DNA of 64,000 nucleotides from Oxalobacteraceae bacterium (GTDB lineage Bacteria; Pseudomonadota; Gammaproteobacteria; Burkholderiales; Burkholderiaceae_D): NCBI GenBank assembly GCA_027484285.1, contig JAIXTG010000114.1, positions 34,848 to 98,847 of the forward strand, read 5' to 3'. Shown piece by piece: positions 56,616 to 64,000 of this stretch (position 1 is its first letter; each line of letters starts with the position of its first letter). The notes under the pieces were generated by a model. It saw only the letters and a program-made list of their open reading frames with translations, ran no database searches and was not told where the DNA came from. The position numbers and the translations under genes were made by a program.

Positions 56616-57299
56616 GTGACATCAAGCGACGCCGCCACCATCCGGGTGGCCGTAGTGGGCGACTGGGTGCCCTCACAACTCGCCGACGTGCTGGCGCTTC
56701 AGCGCTCCCAGGAGCCCGAAACAACCGCCGCTCTGGTTGCATGTTCCGCTGCGGAGCCGGCCCGAGCGCCGTCACCAGGCAGTCGCATCGACTTCGCAGT
56801 GTCCATGATTGAGTTGGACTGGCCAGGCTGGGTGTGCGAGCCGCTGTGGACCGACAGGCTCGCGGTCGCCGTTGCCAAACGCTCCCACCTCTTGGCCTAC
56901 CGCGAAGTGCCTCGCAATGAGTTGCCGAAGCAGCCAGTGATCTGCGCCCAGTCAACTGCCCGTGAACCCTGGGATGCCGTGGTGCACTGCATGCTCGTCG
57001 ACACGCCACAGGACCAGGGATCGCGAGTCAGCACCTTCGACATGGCGATGACACTCGTCGCCGCTGGATACGGCATCGCCATCGCGCCCGTTGCTCGGCT
57101 GGCGGGCTACCAGTGCAGAGGCATTGCAATGCGGCCGCTTGCGAACGCACCAACGATCGTGATGGCTTACCTGCTTCACCCCTGTGCGTCATTGGCGGGC
57201 CACCAGCAGAGATTCGCACGTCGCGCCCGCTTGATGTCAGGCGCAAAGAACCAAAGCGCAGAGCAACCAAGGATGAACAAGGCCGGCAGGTCGGAATGA
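56616..57299 (+). CDS. LysR substrate-binding domain without an HTH
   Basis: GGAGG RBS before GTG. PLWTDRLAVAV...HLLAYREVP and MTLVAAGYGIAI align by eye with the C-terminal half of the 3650-4564 LysR. Confidence 0.65.
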   Translation: MTSSDAATIRVAVVGDWVPSQLADVLALQRSQEPETTAALVACSAAEPARAPSPGSRIDFAVSMIELDWPGWVCEPLWTDRLAVAVAKRSHLLAYREVPRNELPKQPVICAQSTAREPWDAVVHCMLVDTPQDQGSRVSTFDMAMTLVAAGYGIAIAPVARLAGYQCRGIAMRPLANAPTIVMAYLLHPCASLAGHQQRFARRARLMSGAKNQSAEQPRMNKAGRSE

Positions 57300-57302
57300 G
57301 CA

Positions 57303-58703
57303 CTACCGAGCAGCATACGGCTCAGCTACCCGCTCGTTCTCGTCGATGCGCAACTGCTTGCCCAAGGCGGGAAATGCGCGTTGAGCACAGCCTTCACGAT
57401 CACAGAGCTTGCAGCCGGGGCCAATGGGTGTTGCGCTGCCAGGTTCGCCCAAATCCAGTCCCTTGGCATAGACGAGTTGGCTGGCATGCCGAAGGTCGCA
57501 ACCCAGGCCAATCGCAAACTCTCTACTCGGTGAGCCATAGCCGCCCGTGGGTCGAGATTCGCAATGGGCAATCCATAAGTAGCTTCGCCCATCCGGCATG
57601 CCAGCGATCTGCGTGAGTACGCGGCCTGGTCGGGCGAAGGCCTCATAGACGTTCCACAGCGGGCAGGTGCCGCCGCTGCGAGAGAAGTGAAAGTCCGTGG
57701 CCGACTGGCGCTTGGAGATGTTGCCGGCGCGGTCCACGCGAACGAAGAAGAACGGCACGCCACGGGCCTCGCGGCGCTGCAGCGTGGACAGGCGGTGGCA
57801 CACCGTCTCGAAGCTCACGCCGAAGCGGCGGGCCAGCAGCGCGATGTCGTACCGCAATTCCTGGGTGGCGGCGAGGAACCGGCCGTAGGGCAGCACTAGC
57901 GCCCCAGCGAAGTAGCTGGCTAAGCCAATGCGGGCCAATGCCACCGCCTCGGTGCTAAAGGCGTTGGAGGCAACAAGCCGGTCAATCTCCGCGCCGGCCT
58001 CCAGGTAAGCGAGTTGGGTCGCGAGTTGGAACGCGCGCTGACCGGCGGAAAGCGTGTCGGACAGCAGTAGCAGGCGCTGGGCGGGCTCGAAGCGTCGCAG
58101 TCGCTCCTCCGGCAGGCTTTGCACCTGGATGCGGTGTGCGGCGAGCAAGTGGGCTTCCAACTTGGGTGCCAGGTCCTGCGTGCTGTCGGCAACGCCGAGT
58201 TGGGAGGACAGCGCCTCGGCAGCGCGATCCAATTCGTCCATGTGGTTGTGGTGGGCGTAGAAGAAGTCGCGCACCTCCTCGTGCGGCCCTTGGCTGGCCG
58301 CCAAGCCGCTGTCGCGGTCGCCTAGCCCCAAGCTCGCAAGACGTTGCTCGGCCCCACGGGCGCGACTTTGAAGACGCAGCAGCAACTGGGCCATTGCTGG
58401 CATCTGCTGCGCGAGCGTGCGCAGTTCGGCATCCGGCACGCCGCCCGGCACGGCGACCTCGGTCACGATCTCATGAAGTTGTGCGAACAGCCGGGCCTCA
58501 TCGTCCTCGGAGAAGAACTGTAGGTCGATGCCCAGCGACGACTGCAGGCGCAGCAGCACGGCAACGCTCAGGGGGCGCTCGTTGTTTTCAAGCTGATTCA
58601 CGTAGCTCGGCGAGAGCTTGAGCACTTGTGCCAGGGCTACCTGGGTCAGGCCACGCTGCTCTCGCAGCGTCTTGAGCTTCACGCCCAGAAAGGTCTTGCG
58701 CAT
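57303..58703 (-). CDS. XRE-family short-chain fatty acyl-CoA regulator (PrpR/ScfR type)
   Basis: MRKTFLGVKLKTLRE HTH, SFETVCHRLSTLQR and GPGCKLCDREGC; divergent from the prp genes. Confidence 0.9.
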   Translation of the reverse strand: MRKTFLGVKLKTLREQRGLTQVALAQVLKLSPSYVNQLENNERPLSVAVLLRLQSSLGIDLQFFSEDDEARLFAQLHEIVTEVAVPGGVPDAELRTLAQQMPAMAQLLLRLQSRARGAEQRLASLGLGDRDSGLAASQGPHEEVRDFFYAHHNHMDELDRAAEALSSQLGVADSTQDLAPKLEAHLLAAHRIQVQSLPEERLRRFEPAQRLLLLSDTLSAGQRAFQLATQLAYLEAGAEIDRLVASNAFSTEAVALARIGLASYFAGALVLPYGRFLAATQELRYDIALLARRFGVSFETVCHRLSTLQRREARGVPFFFVRVDRAGNISKRQSATDFHFSRSGGTCPLWNVYEAFARPGRVLTQIAGMPDGRSYLWIAHCESRPTGGYGSPSREFAIGLGCDLRHASQLVYAKGLDLGEPGSATPIGPGCKLCDREGCAQRAFPALGKQLRIDENERVAEPYAAR

Positions 58704-58722
58704 AAGAATGGGGCTCTGAATA

Positions 58723-58815
58723 TTCGCAAATATCGCAAACTGCATCAAAAACCTTCGCATTCATTGGCAATTTTAGTCATTGAGTACCAAAGAAGTGGAT
58801 GCGAAGATTGCGAAT
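58723..58815. promoter_or_regulatory. Candidate PrpR/ScfR operator array
   Basis: TTCGCAAA (58723), ATCGCAAA (58732), TTCGCATT (58754), TTGGCAAT (58764) and TTGCGAAT (58808). Confidence 0.55.
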
Positions 58816-58837
58816 AATACGACTTTCCCTCCCCACC

Positions 58838-59278
58838 ATGGACTGGATCAAGACTTTGGCTTCCACACCGCTGAACGAGTTGAACCGCACTGAGCTGGTG
58901 CTGCCTCAGCAATCCAACCACTACGGCACGCTCTTCGGTCCTGAGGCCTTGTCGATGCTCGGCAAGACCGCGTATCTAGCCGCTGCACGCTTCAGTCGTC
59001 AGTCAGTCGTGATGGCCGCATCGCGTGGCATCGAGTTCCTGGCCCCGATCGCCATCGGCTCGCTGTTGCACCTGCATGCGCGCGTCACGCGGCTGGGCCG
59101 CAGCTCAATGACGGTGGACGTGCGCGCCGCGCTGGATGCGGCGCCCGGCACCAAGCCGCAAGAAGTGCTGCGCGCCAGCTTCGAGATGGTGTCTGTCAAC
59201 GCCAATGGCCGTCCGGTGCCGCTGGAGCCCCGCGATGACGGCCTGATGCCCGCAGCTCTGAACGATCAAGCCCACTGA
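58838..59278 (+). CDS. Hot-dog-fold acyl-CoA thioesterase-like protein
   Basis: NHYGTLFG...[10 protein letters not shown]...[13 protein letters not shown]. Confidence 0.78.
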   Translation: MDWIKTLASTPLNELNRTELVLPQQSNHYGTLFGPEALSMLGKTAYLAAARFSRQSVVMAASRGIEFLAPIAIGSLLHLHARVTRLGRSSMTVDVRAALDAAPGTKPQEVLRASFEMVSVNANGRPVPLEPRDDGLMPAALNDQAH

Positions 59279-59298
59279 ATTTCCTGGAGAACATGCCC

Positions 59299-60453
59299 AT
59301 GAGCGAAACCCCGACCACCGGCTTCAAGCCGAAGAAATCTGTGGCGCTGTCCGGCGTGACGGCCGGCAATACCGCGCTGTGCACCGTCGGCCGCAGCGGC
59401 AACGACCTGCATTACCGCGGCTACGACATCCTGGACATCGCCGAGGTCTGCGAGTTCGAGGAGATCGCCCACCTGCTGGTGCACGGCAAGCTGCCCACGC
59501 GCGCCGAGTTGCGCGCCTACAAGGCCAAGCTCAGGGCCATGCGCGGCTTGCCTGCCAGTGTGAAAGAGTCGCTGGAACGCTTGCCCGCTGGCGCCCACCC
59601 GATGGACGTGATGCGCACCGGCGTGTCGGCGCTGGGCTGCATCCTGCCCGAGAAGGACGACCACAGCCTGCCCGGCGCCCGCGACATCGCCGACCGGCTC
59701 ATGGCCAGCCTGGGCTCCATGCTGCTGTACTGGTATCACTGGAGCACGCAGGGCCGCCGCATCGAGGTGGAGACGGACGACGACTCCATCGGCGGCCACT
59801 TCCTGCGTCTGCTGCACGGCACGACGCCGCCTGAGAGCTGGGTGCGCGCCATGCACACGTCGCTCAACCTCTATGCCGAGCATGAGTTCAACGCTAGCAC
59901 CTTCACCGCGCGCGTCATCGCCGGCACGGGCAGCGACATGTACTCGTCCATTGCCGGCGCCATCGGCGCGCTGCGCGGCCCCAAGCATGGTGGCGCCAAC
60001 GAGGTGGCCTTCGAGATTCAGAAGCGCTATGACAACCCGAACGAGGCTGAGGCGGACATCCGCCGCCGCGTGGAGGCCAAGGAGGTGGTCATCGGCTTCG
60101 GCCACCCGGTCTACACCGTCAGCGACCCGCGCAACGTCGTCATCAAGGGCGTGGCCAGGAGCCTATCGGACGAGGCGGGCTCCACCAAGATGTTTGACAT
60201 CGCAGAACGGCTGGAGTCAGTCATGTGGGACGTCAAGAAAATGTTCCCCAACCTCGACTGGTTCAGCGCCGTCAGCTATCACATGATGGGCGTGCCCACG
60301 GCGATGTTCACGCCTCTGTTCGTCATCTCCCGCACCAGCGGTTGGGCCGCGCACGTCATCGAGCAGCGCGTGGACAACAAGATCATTCGCCCCAGCGCGA
60401 ATTACACCGGCCCTGAAGACCAGCGCTTCGTGCCCATTGACGAACGCGCATGA
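59299..60453 (+). CDS. prpC: 2-methylcitrate synthase
   Basis: [38 protein letters not shown] and FPNLDW. Confidence 0.95.
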   Translation: MSETPTTGFKPKKSVALSGVTAGNTALCTVGRSGNDLHYRGYDILDIAEVCEFEEIAHLLVHGKLPTRAELRAYKAKLRAMRGLPASVKESLERLPAGAHPMDVMRTGVSALGCILPEKDDHSLPGARDIADRLMASLGSMLLYWYHWSTQGRRIEVETDDDSIGGHFLRLLHGTTPPESWVRAMHTSLNLYAEHEFNASTFTARVIAGTGSDMYSSIAGAIGALRGPKHGGANEVAFEIQKRYDNPNEAEADIRRRVEAKEVVIGFGHPVYTVSDPRNVVIKGVARSLSDEAGSTKMFDIAERLESVMWDVKKMFPNLDWFSAVSYHMMGVPTAMFTPLFVISRTSGWAAHVIEQRVDNKIIRPSANYTGPEDQRFVPIDERA

Positions 60454-63074
60454 GTTCCCAGTTCCGCAAGCCCCTGCCCGGCACGGCGCTGGACTGGTTC
60501 GACGCCCGCGAAGCTGTTGACGCGATCCGCCCGGGCGCGTGGGCGATGCTGCCCTACACAGCGCGTGTCCATGCCGAGAACCTGGTCCGATGCGCGGACC
60601 CCGAACATCTGAACAGCTACCTGCTGCAACTCATAGAGCGCCGACGTGACCTGGACTTCCCATGGTTCCCGGTTCGCGTGGTCTGTCACGACATCCTAGG
60701 TCAGACTGCGTTAGTGGACCTGGCCGGTTTGCGTGACGCGATCGCGGCCCAAGGCGGCGACCCGGCCGCGGTGAACCCCGTCGTGCCTGTGCAGCTCATT
60801 GTGGACCATTCGCTGGCCGTGGAGTGCGGCGGCTTCGACCCCGATGCCTTCCGCAAGAACCGTGAAATCGAGGACCGCCGCAATGAGGACCGTTTCCACT
60901 TCATCGAGTGGACCAAGTCGGCCTTCGACAACGTGGACGTCATCCCGGCGGGCAACGGCATCATGCACCAGATCAACCTGGAGAAGATGTCGCCGGTGGT
61001 TTATGTCCGCGAGGGCGTGGCCTTCCCGGATACCTGCGTTGGTACCGACAGCCACACACCGCACGTCGACGCCTTGGGCGTCATCGCCGTGGGCGTGGGC
61101 GGGCTGGAGGCGGAGAACGTCATGCTGGGCCGCGCATCGTGGATGCGGTTGCCGGACATCGCTGGCGTCGAGCTGACCGGCTGCCGCCAACCAGGCATCA
61201 CGGCGACCGACATCGTGCTGGCGCTGACTGAGTTCCTGCGCCAGCAGAAGGTCGTGGGTGCCTACCTGGAGTTCTTCGGTGAAGGCGCCGAGAGCCTGTC
61301 CATCGGAGACCGCGCGACCATCGCCAACATGTGCCCTGAGTACGGCGCGACCGCCGCTCTGTTCTATATCGACTCGCAGACCATCGACTACCTGAAGCTC
61401 ACCGGCCGAGACGACGCGCAGGTGCGCCTCGTAGAGCACTACGCTCGCACGGCAGGTTTCTGGGCCAGCGAACTGAAAGCGGCCCAGTATGAGCGCACGT
61501 TGCGCTTTGACCTCGGCAGTGTGGTACGCAACATGGCCGGTCCGTCCAATCCACACCGCCGGCTGCCGACCTCGGCGCTCCGCGAGCGAGGCATCGCGGT
61601 GGATTTGGACAAGGCTCACGCCCAGGAGGCGCGGGGCCAGATGCCCGATGGCGCTGTCATCATCGCGGCGATCACGAGCTGCACGAACACCAGCAACCCG
61701 CGCAACGTCATCGCCGCCGGCTTGCTGGCGATGAAAGCCAACCGCCTGGGCCTCGTGCGTAAGCCATGGGTCAAGACCTCGCTGGCGCCGGGCTCAAAGG
61801 CCGTGGAGCTGTACCTGAAGGAGGCCGGGCTGCTGCACGAACTGGAAAAGCTCGGCTTCGGCATCGTCGCCTTCGCCTGCACAACCTGCAATGGCATGAG
61901 CGGCGCGCTGGACCCGAAGATCCAGCAGGAGATCATCGACCGCGATCTGTACGCCACTGCCGTGCTGTCCGGCAACCGCAACTTCGACGGCCGCATCCAT
62001 CCCTACGCGAAGCAGGCTTTCCTCGCGTCTCCGCCGTTGGTCGTCGCATACGCGTTGGCTGGCACGGTGCGTTTCGACATCGAAAACGATGTACTGGGCA
62101 CCGTGGACGGACGAGAAGTACGCCTGAAGGATCTCTGGCCCGCTGACGAGGAGATCGACGCAGTGGTGCGTACCGCCGTGAAGCCGGAGCAATACCGCGC
62201 GGTCTACGACCCAATGTTTGCCATCCGCCCCGTGGAGGCCGAGCGCGCCGCGCCGCAATACAACTGGCGCCCGCAGTCCACCTACATCCGCCGCCCCCCG
62301 TACTGGGACACTGAAGGCGTCGGCGCGCTGGCCGCCAACCCGCGCACGCTCACCGGCATGCGGCCACTAGCCATCCTGCCCGACAACATCACGACCGACC
62401 ATTTGTCACCGTCCAACGCCATCCTGCTCGACTCGGCGGCCGGCGAATACTTGGCAAAGATGGGTCTGCCCGAGAAGGACTTCAACTCTTACGCTACCCA
62501 CCGCGGCGACCACCTCACCGCGATGCGCGCCACTTTCGCCAACCCGACGCTGAAGAACGAGATGGTACGCAACGACGATGGCAGCGTGCGCGCGGGCTCG
62601 CTGGCGCGCGTGGAACCCGAAGGTCGCGTCATGCGCATGTGGGAGGCTATCGAGAGCTACCTGACCCGCCGCCAGCCGCTCATCGTCATCGCCGGCGCCG
62701 ACTATGGCCAGGGTTCGTCGCGCGACTGGGCGGCCAAAGGAGTGCGCCTGGCCGGCGTCGAGGTCGTGGTGGCCGAGGGCTTCGAGCGCATCCACCGCAC
62801 CAACCTGATCGGCATGGGCGTGCTGCCGCTGGAGTTCCAGTCCGGTACCAATCGGCTGACGCTGGGTCTCGACGGCAGCGAGACCTTCGACGTCATCGGC
62901 GAGCGCACGCCGCGGGCCGTCCTGACGCTGCGCATTCGCCACAAGAACGGCGAGACCGCCTCCGTGCCGGTGAAGTGCCGGCTGGACACCGCCGAGGAAG
63001 TCTCGGTCTACGAAGCCGGCGGCGTGCTGCAGCGCTTCGCGCAAGACTTCCTGGCCGCACGGAAGACCCCCTGA
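60450..63074 (+). CDS. acnD: Fe/S-dependent 2-methylisocitrate dehydratase
   Basis: [46 protein letters not shown] and [10 protein letters not shown]. Confidence 0.95.
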   Translation: MSSQFRKPLPGTALDWFDAREAVDAIRPGAWAMLPYTARVHAENLVRCADPEHLNSYLLQLIERRRDLDFPWFPVRVVCHDILGQTALVDLAGLRDAIAAQGGDPAAVNPVVPVQLIVDHSLAVECGGFDPDAFRKNREIEDRRNEDRFHFIEWTKSAFDNVDVIPAGNGIMHQINLEKMSPVVYVREGVAFPDTCVGTDSHTPHVDALGVIAVGVGGLEAENVMLGRASWMRLPDIAGVELTGCRQPGITATDIVLALTEFLRQQKVVGAYLEFFGEGAESLSIGDRATIANMCPEYGATAALFYIDSQTIDYLKLTGRDDAQVRLVEHYARTAGFWASELKAAQYERTLRFDLGSVVRNMAGPSNPHRRLPTSALRERGIAVDLDKAHAQEARGQMPDGAVIIAAITSCTNTSNPRNVIAAGLLAMKANRLGLVRKPWVKTSLAPGSKAVELYLKEAGLLHELEKLGFGIVAFACTTCNGMSGALDPKIQQEIIDRDLYATAVLSGNRNFDGRIHPYAKQAFLASPPLVVAYALAGTVRFDIENDVLGTVDGREVRLKDLWPADEEIDAVVRTAVKPEQYRAVYDPMFAIRPVEAERAAPQYNWRPQSTYIRRPPYWDTEGVGALAANPRTLTGMRPLAILPDNITTDHLSPSNAILLDSAAGEYLAKMGLPEKDFNSYATHRGDHLTAMRATFANPTLKNEMVRNDDGSVRAGSLARVEPEGRVMRMWEAIESYLTRRQPLIVIAGADYGQGSSRDWAAKGVRLAGVEVVVAEGFERIHRTNLIGMGVLPLEFQSGTNRLTLGLDGSETFDVIGERTPRAVLTLRIRHKNGETASVPVKCRLDTAEEVSVYEAGGVLQRFAQDFLAARKTP

Positions 63075-63081
63075 GGACGAC

Positions 63082-64000
63082 ATGACGCATCCCGCACAGA
63101 TTCGCATTCCCGCCACCTATATGCGCGGCGGCACCAGCAAGGGTGTGTTCTTCCGCCTGCAGGACTTGCCCGAGCCCTGCCAGCAGCCAGGTCCTGCGCG
63201 AGACCAACTGCTGCTGCGCGTGATCGGCAGCCCGGACCCCTACGGCAAGCAGATCGACGGCATGGGCGGCGCCACGTCGTCCACGTCCAAGACCGTCATC
63301 GTGGCGCCGCCGACAAAACCCGGCCATGACGTGGACTACCTGTTCGGCCAGGTTTCCATCGACGGCGCCTTCGTGGACTGGTCTGGCAACTGCGGCAACC
63401 TGTCCGCCGCGGTCGGTCCGTTCACCATCGCGAGCGGCCTGATGCCGGCCGACCGCGTGCCCGAAAACGGCATCTGCACGGTGCGCATCTGGCAGGCCAA
63501 CATCGGCAAGACCATAGTGGCCCATGTGCCCATCACAAACGGCCAAGTGCAGGAGACTGGCGACTTCGAGTTAGACGGCGTCACCTTCCCGGCCGCCGAG
63601 GTGCAACTCGAATTTCTCGACCCCGCTGACGAAGGCGATGACGACAGTGGCGGTGCGATGTTCCCCACGGGCCGACTTGTCGATGACCTGGAAGTGCCGG
63701 GCATCGGTACGTTCAAGGCCACGCTCATCAATGCCGGCATTCCCACCATCTTCCTGAACGCGCAGGACATCGGCTACACCGGCACCGAGTCGCAGGATGC
63801 GATCAACGGCGACGCCCTGGCGTTGTCCCGTTTCGAGACCATCCGGGCCCGGGGCGCTGTGAAGATGGGCCTCATCCGCGATGTGGCCGAGGCAGCCCAG
63901 CGCCAGCACACACCCAAGGTCGCTTTCGTGGCACCGCCGGCCAGCTACACGGCCTCCAGTGGCAAAGCCATTGAGGCCGGTGATGTGGACTTGCTCGTGC
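63082..64000 (+). CDS. prpF: 2-methylaconitate cis-trans isomerase (partial; runs off the window)
   Basis: Manual translation MTHPAQIRIPATYMRGGTSKGVFF...GMGGATSSTSK...GNCGNLS. Confidence 0.93.
   Translation, partial: MTHPAQIRIPATYMRGGTSKGVFFRLQDLPEPCQQPGPARDQLLLRVIGSPDPYGKQIDGMGGATSSTSKTVIVAPPTKPGHDVDYLFGQVSIDGAFVDWSGNCGNLSAAVGPFTIASGLMPADRVPENGICTVRIWQANIGKTIVAHVPITNGQVQETGDFELDGVTFPAAEVQLEFLDPADEGDDDSGGAMFPTGRLVDDLEVPGIGTFKATLINAGIPTIFLNAQDIGYTGTESQDAINGDALALSRFETIRARGAVKMGLIRDVAEAAQRQHTPKVAFVAPPASYTASSGKAIEAGDVDLLV

Noticed and set aside
56616-57299. HTH-less LysR as the 3' half of a frameshifted full-length gene
   Set aside because: I found no LysR HTH-like sequence in the upstream frames, which are occupied by the divergent XRE gene and its promoter. 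A pseudogene origin is still possible.
1-64000. Integrase, tRNA, rRNA, reverse transcriptase/retron, or CRISPR-Cas genes
   Set aside because: No matching motifs were seen in the ORF track or by reading the intergenic regions.

Overview
GC-rich proteobacterial DNA, probably Burkholderiales-like. It is dominated by the near-complete backbone of a PFGI-1/ICEclc/PAGI-2-class integrative conjugative element (about 5.1-56.2 kb). In order, the backbone carries: a bisR-like regulator, alpA, parA, a shi-like ORF, parB/bisD, bisC, a replication-type HTH protein, PFL_4669, inrR, ssb and topB; a run of small conserved ORFs, an orphan methyltransferase and a helicase; the PFGI-type type IV secretion cluster; traG; and a MOBH relaxase. 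Accessory DNA inside the backbone comprises a PLD-family nuclease cassette, an IS1595 and an IS1380 (both with TIRs and target duplications visible) and a PrlF-YhaV toxin-antitoxin pair. The left flank holds an acyl-CoA dehydrogenase (partial), mmsA, an XRE/ScfR(PrpR/RamB)-type regulator and a LysR. The right flank holds an XRE, an HTH-less LysR, a second ScfR-type regulator, a hot-dog thioesterase, prpC, acnD and prpF (partial). No integrase, tRNA or att site was found. The most notable unexplained signals are: (1) the solitary PLD-nuclease/HhH-like gene bracketed by two of three identical 17-bp palindromes; (2) a five-copy, covarying three-hairpin element ahead of backbone operons; (3) an AT-rich oriT-like motif hidden inside inrR; (4) an HTH-less paralog of the LysR regulator. 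Family and gene names come from recalled motifs and gene order, not from database searches.
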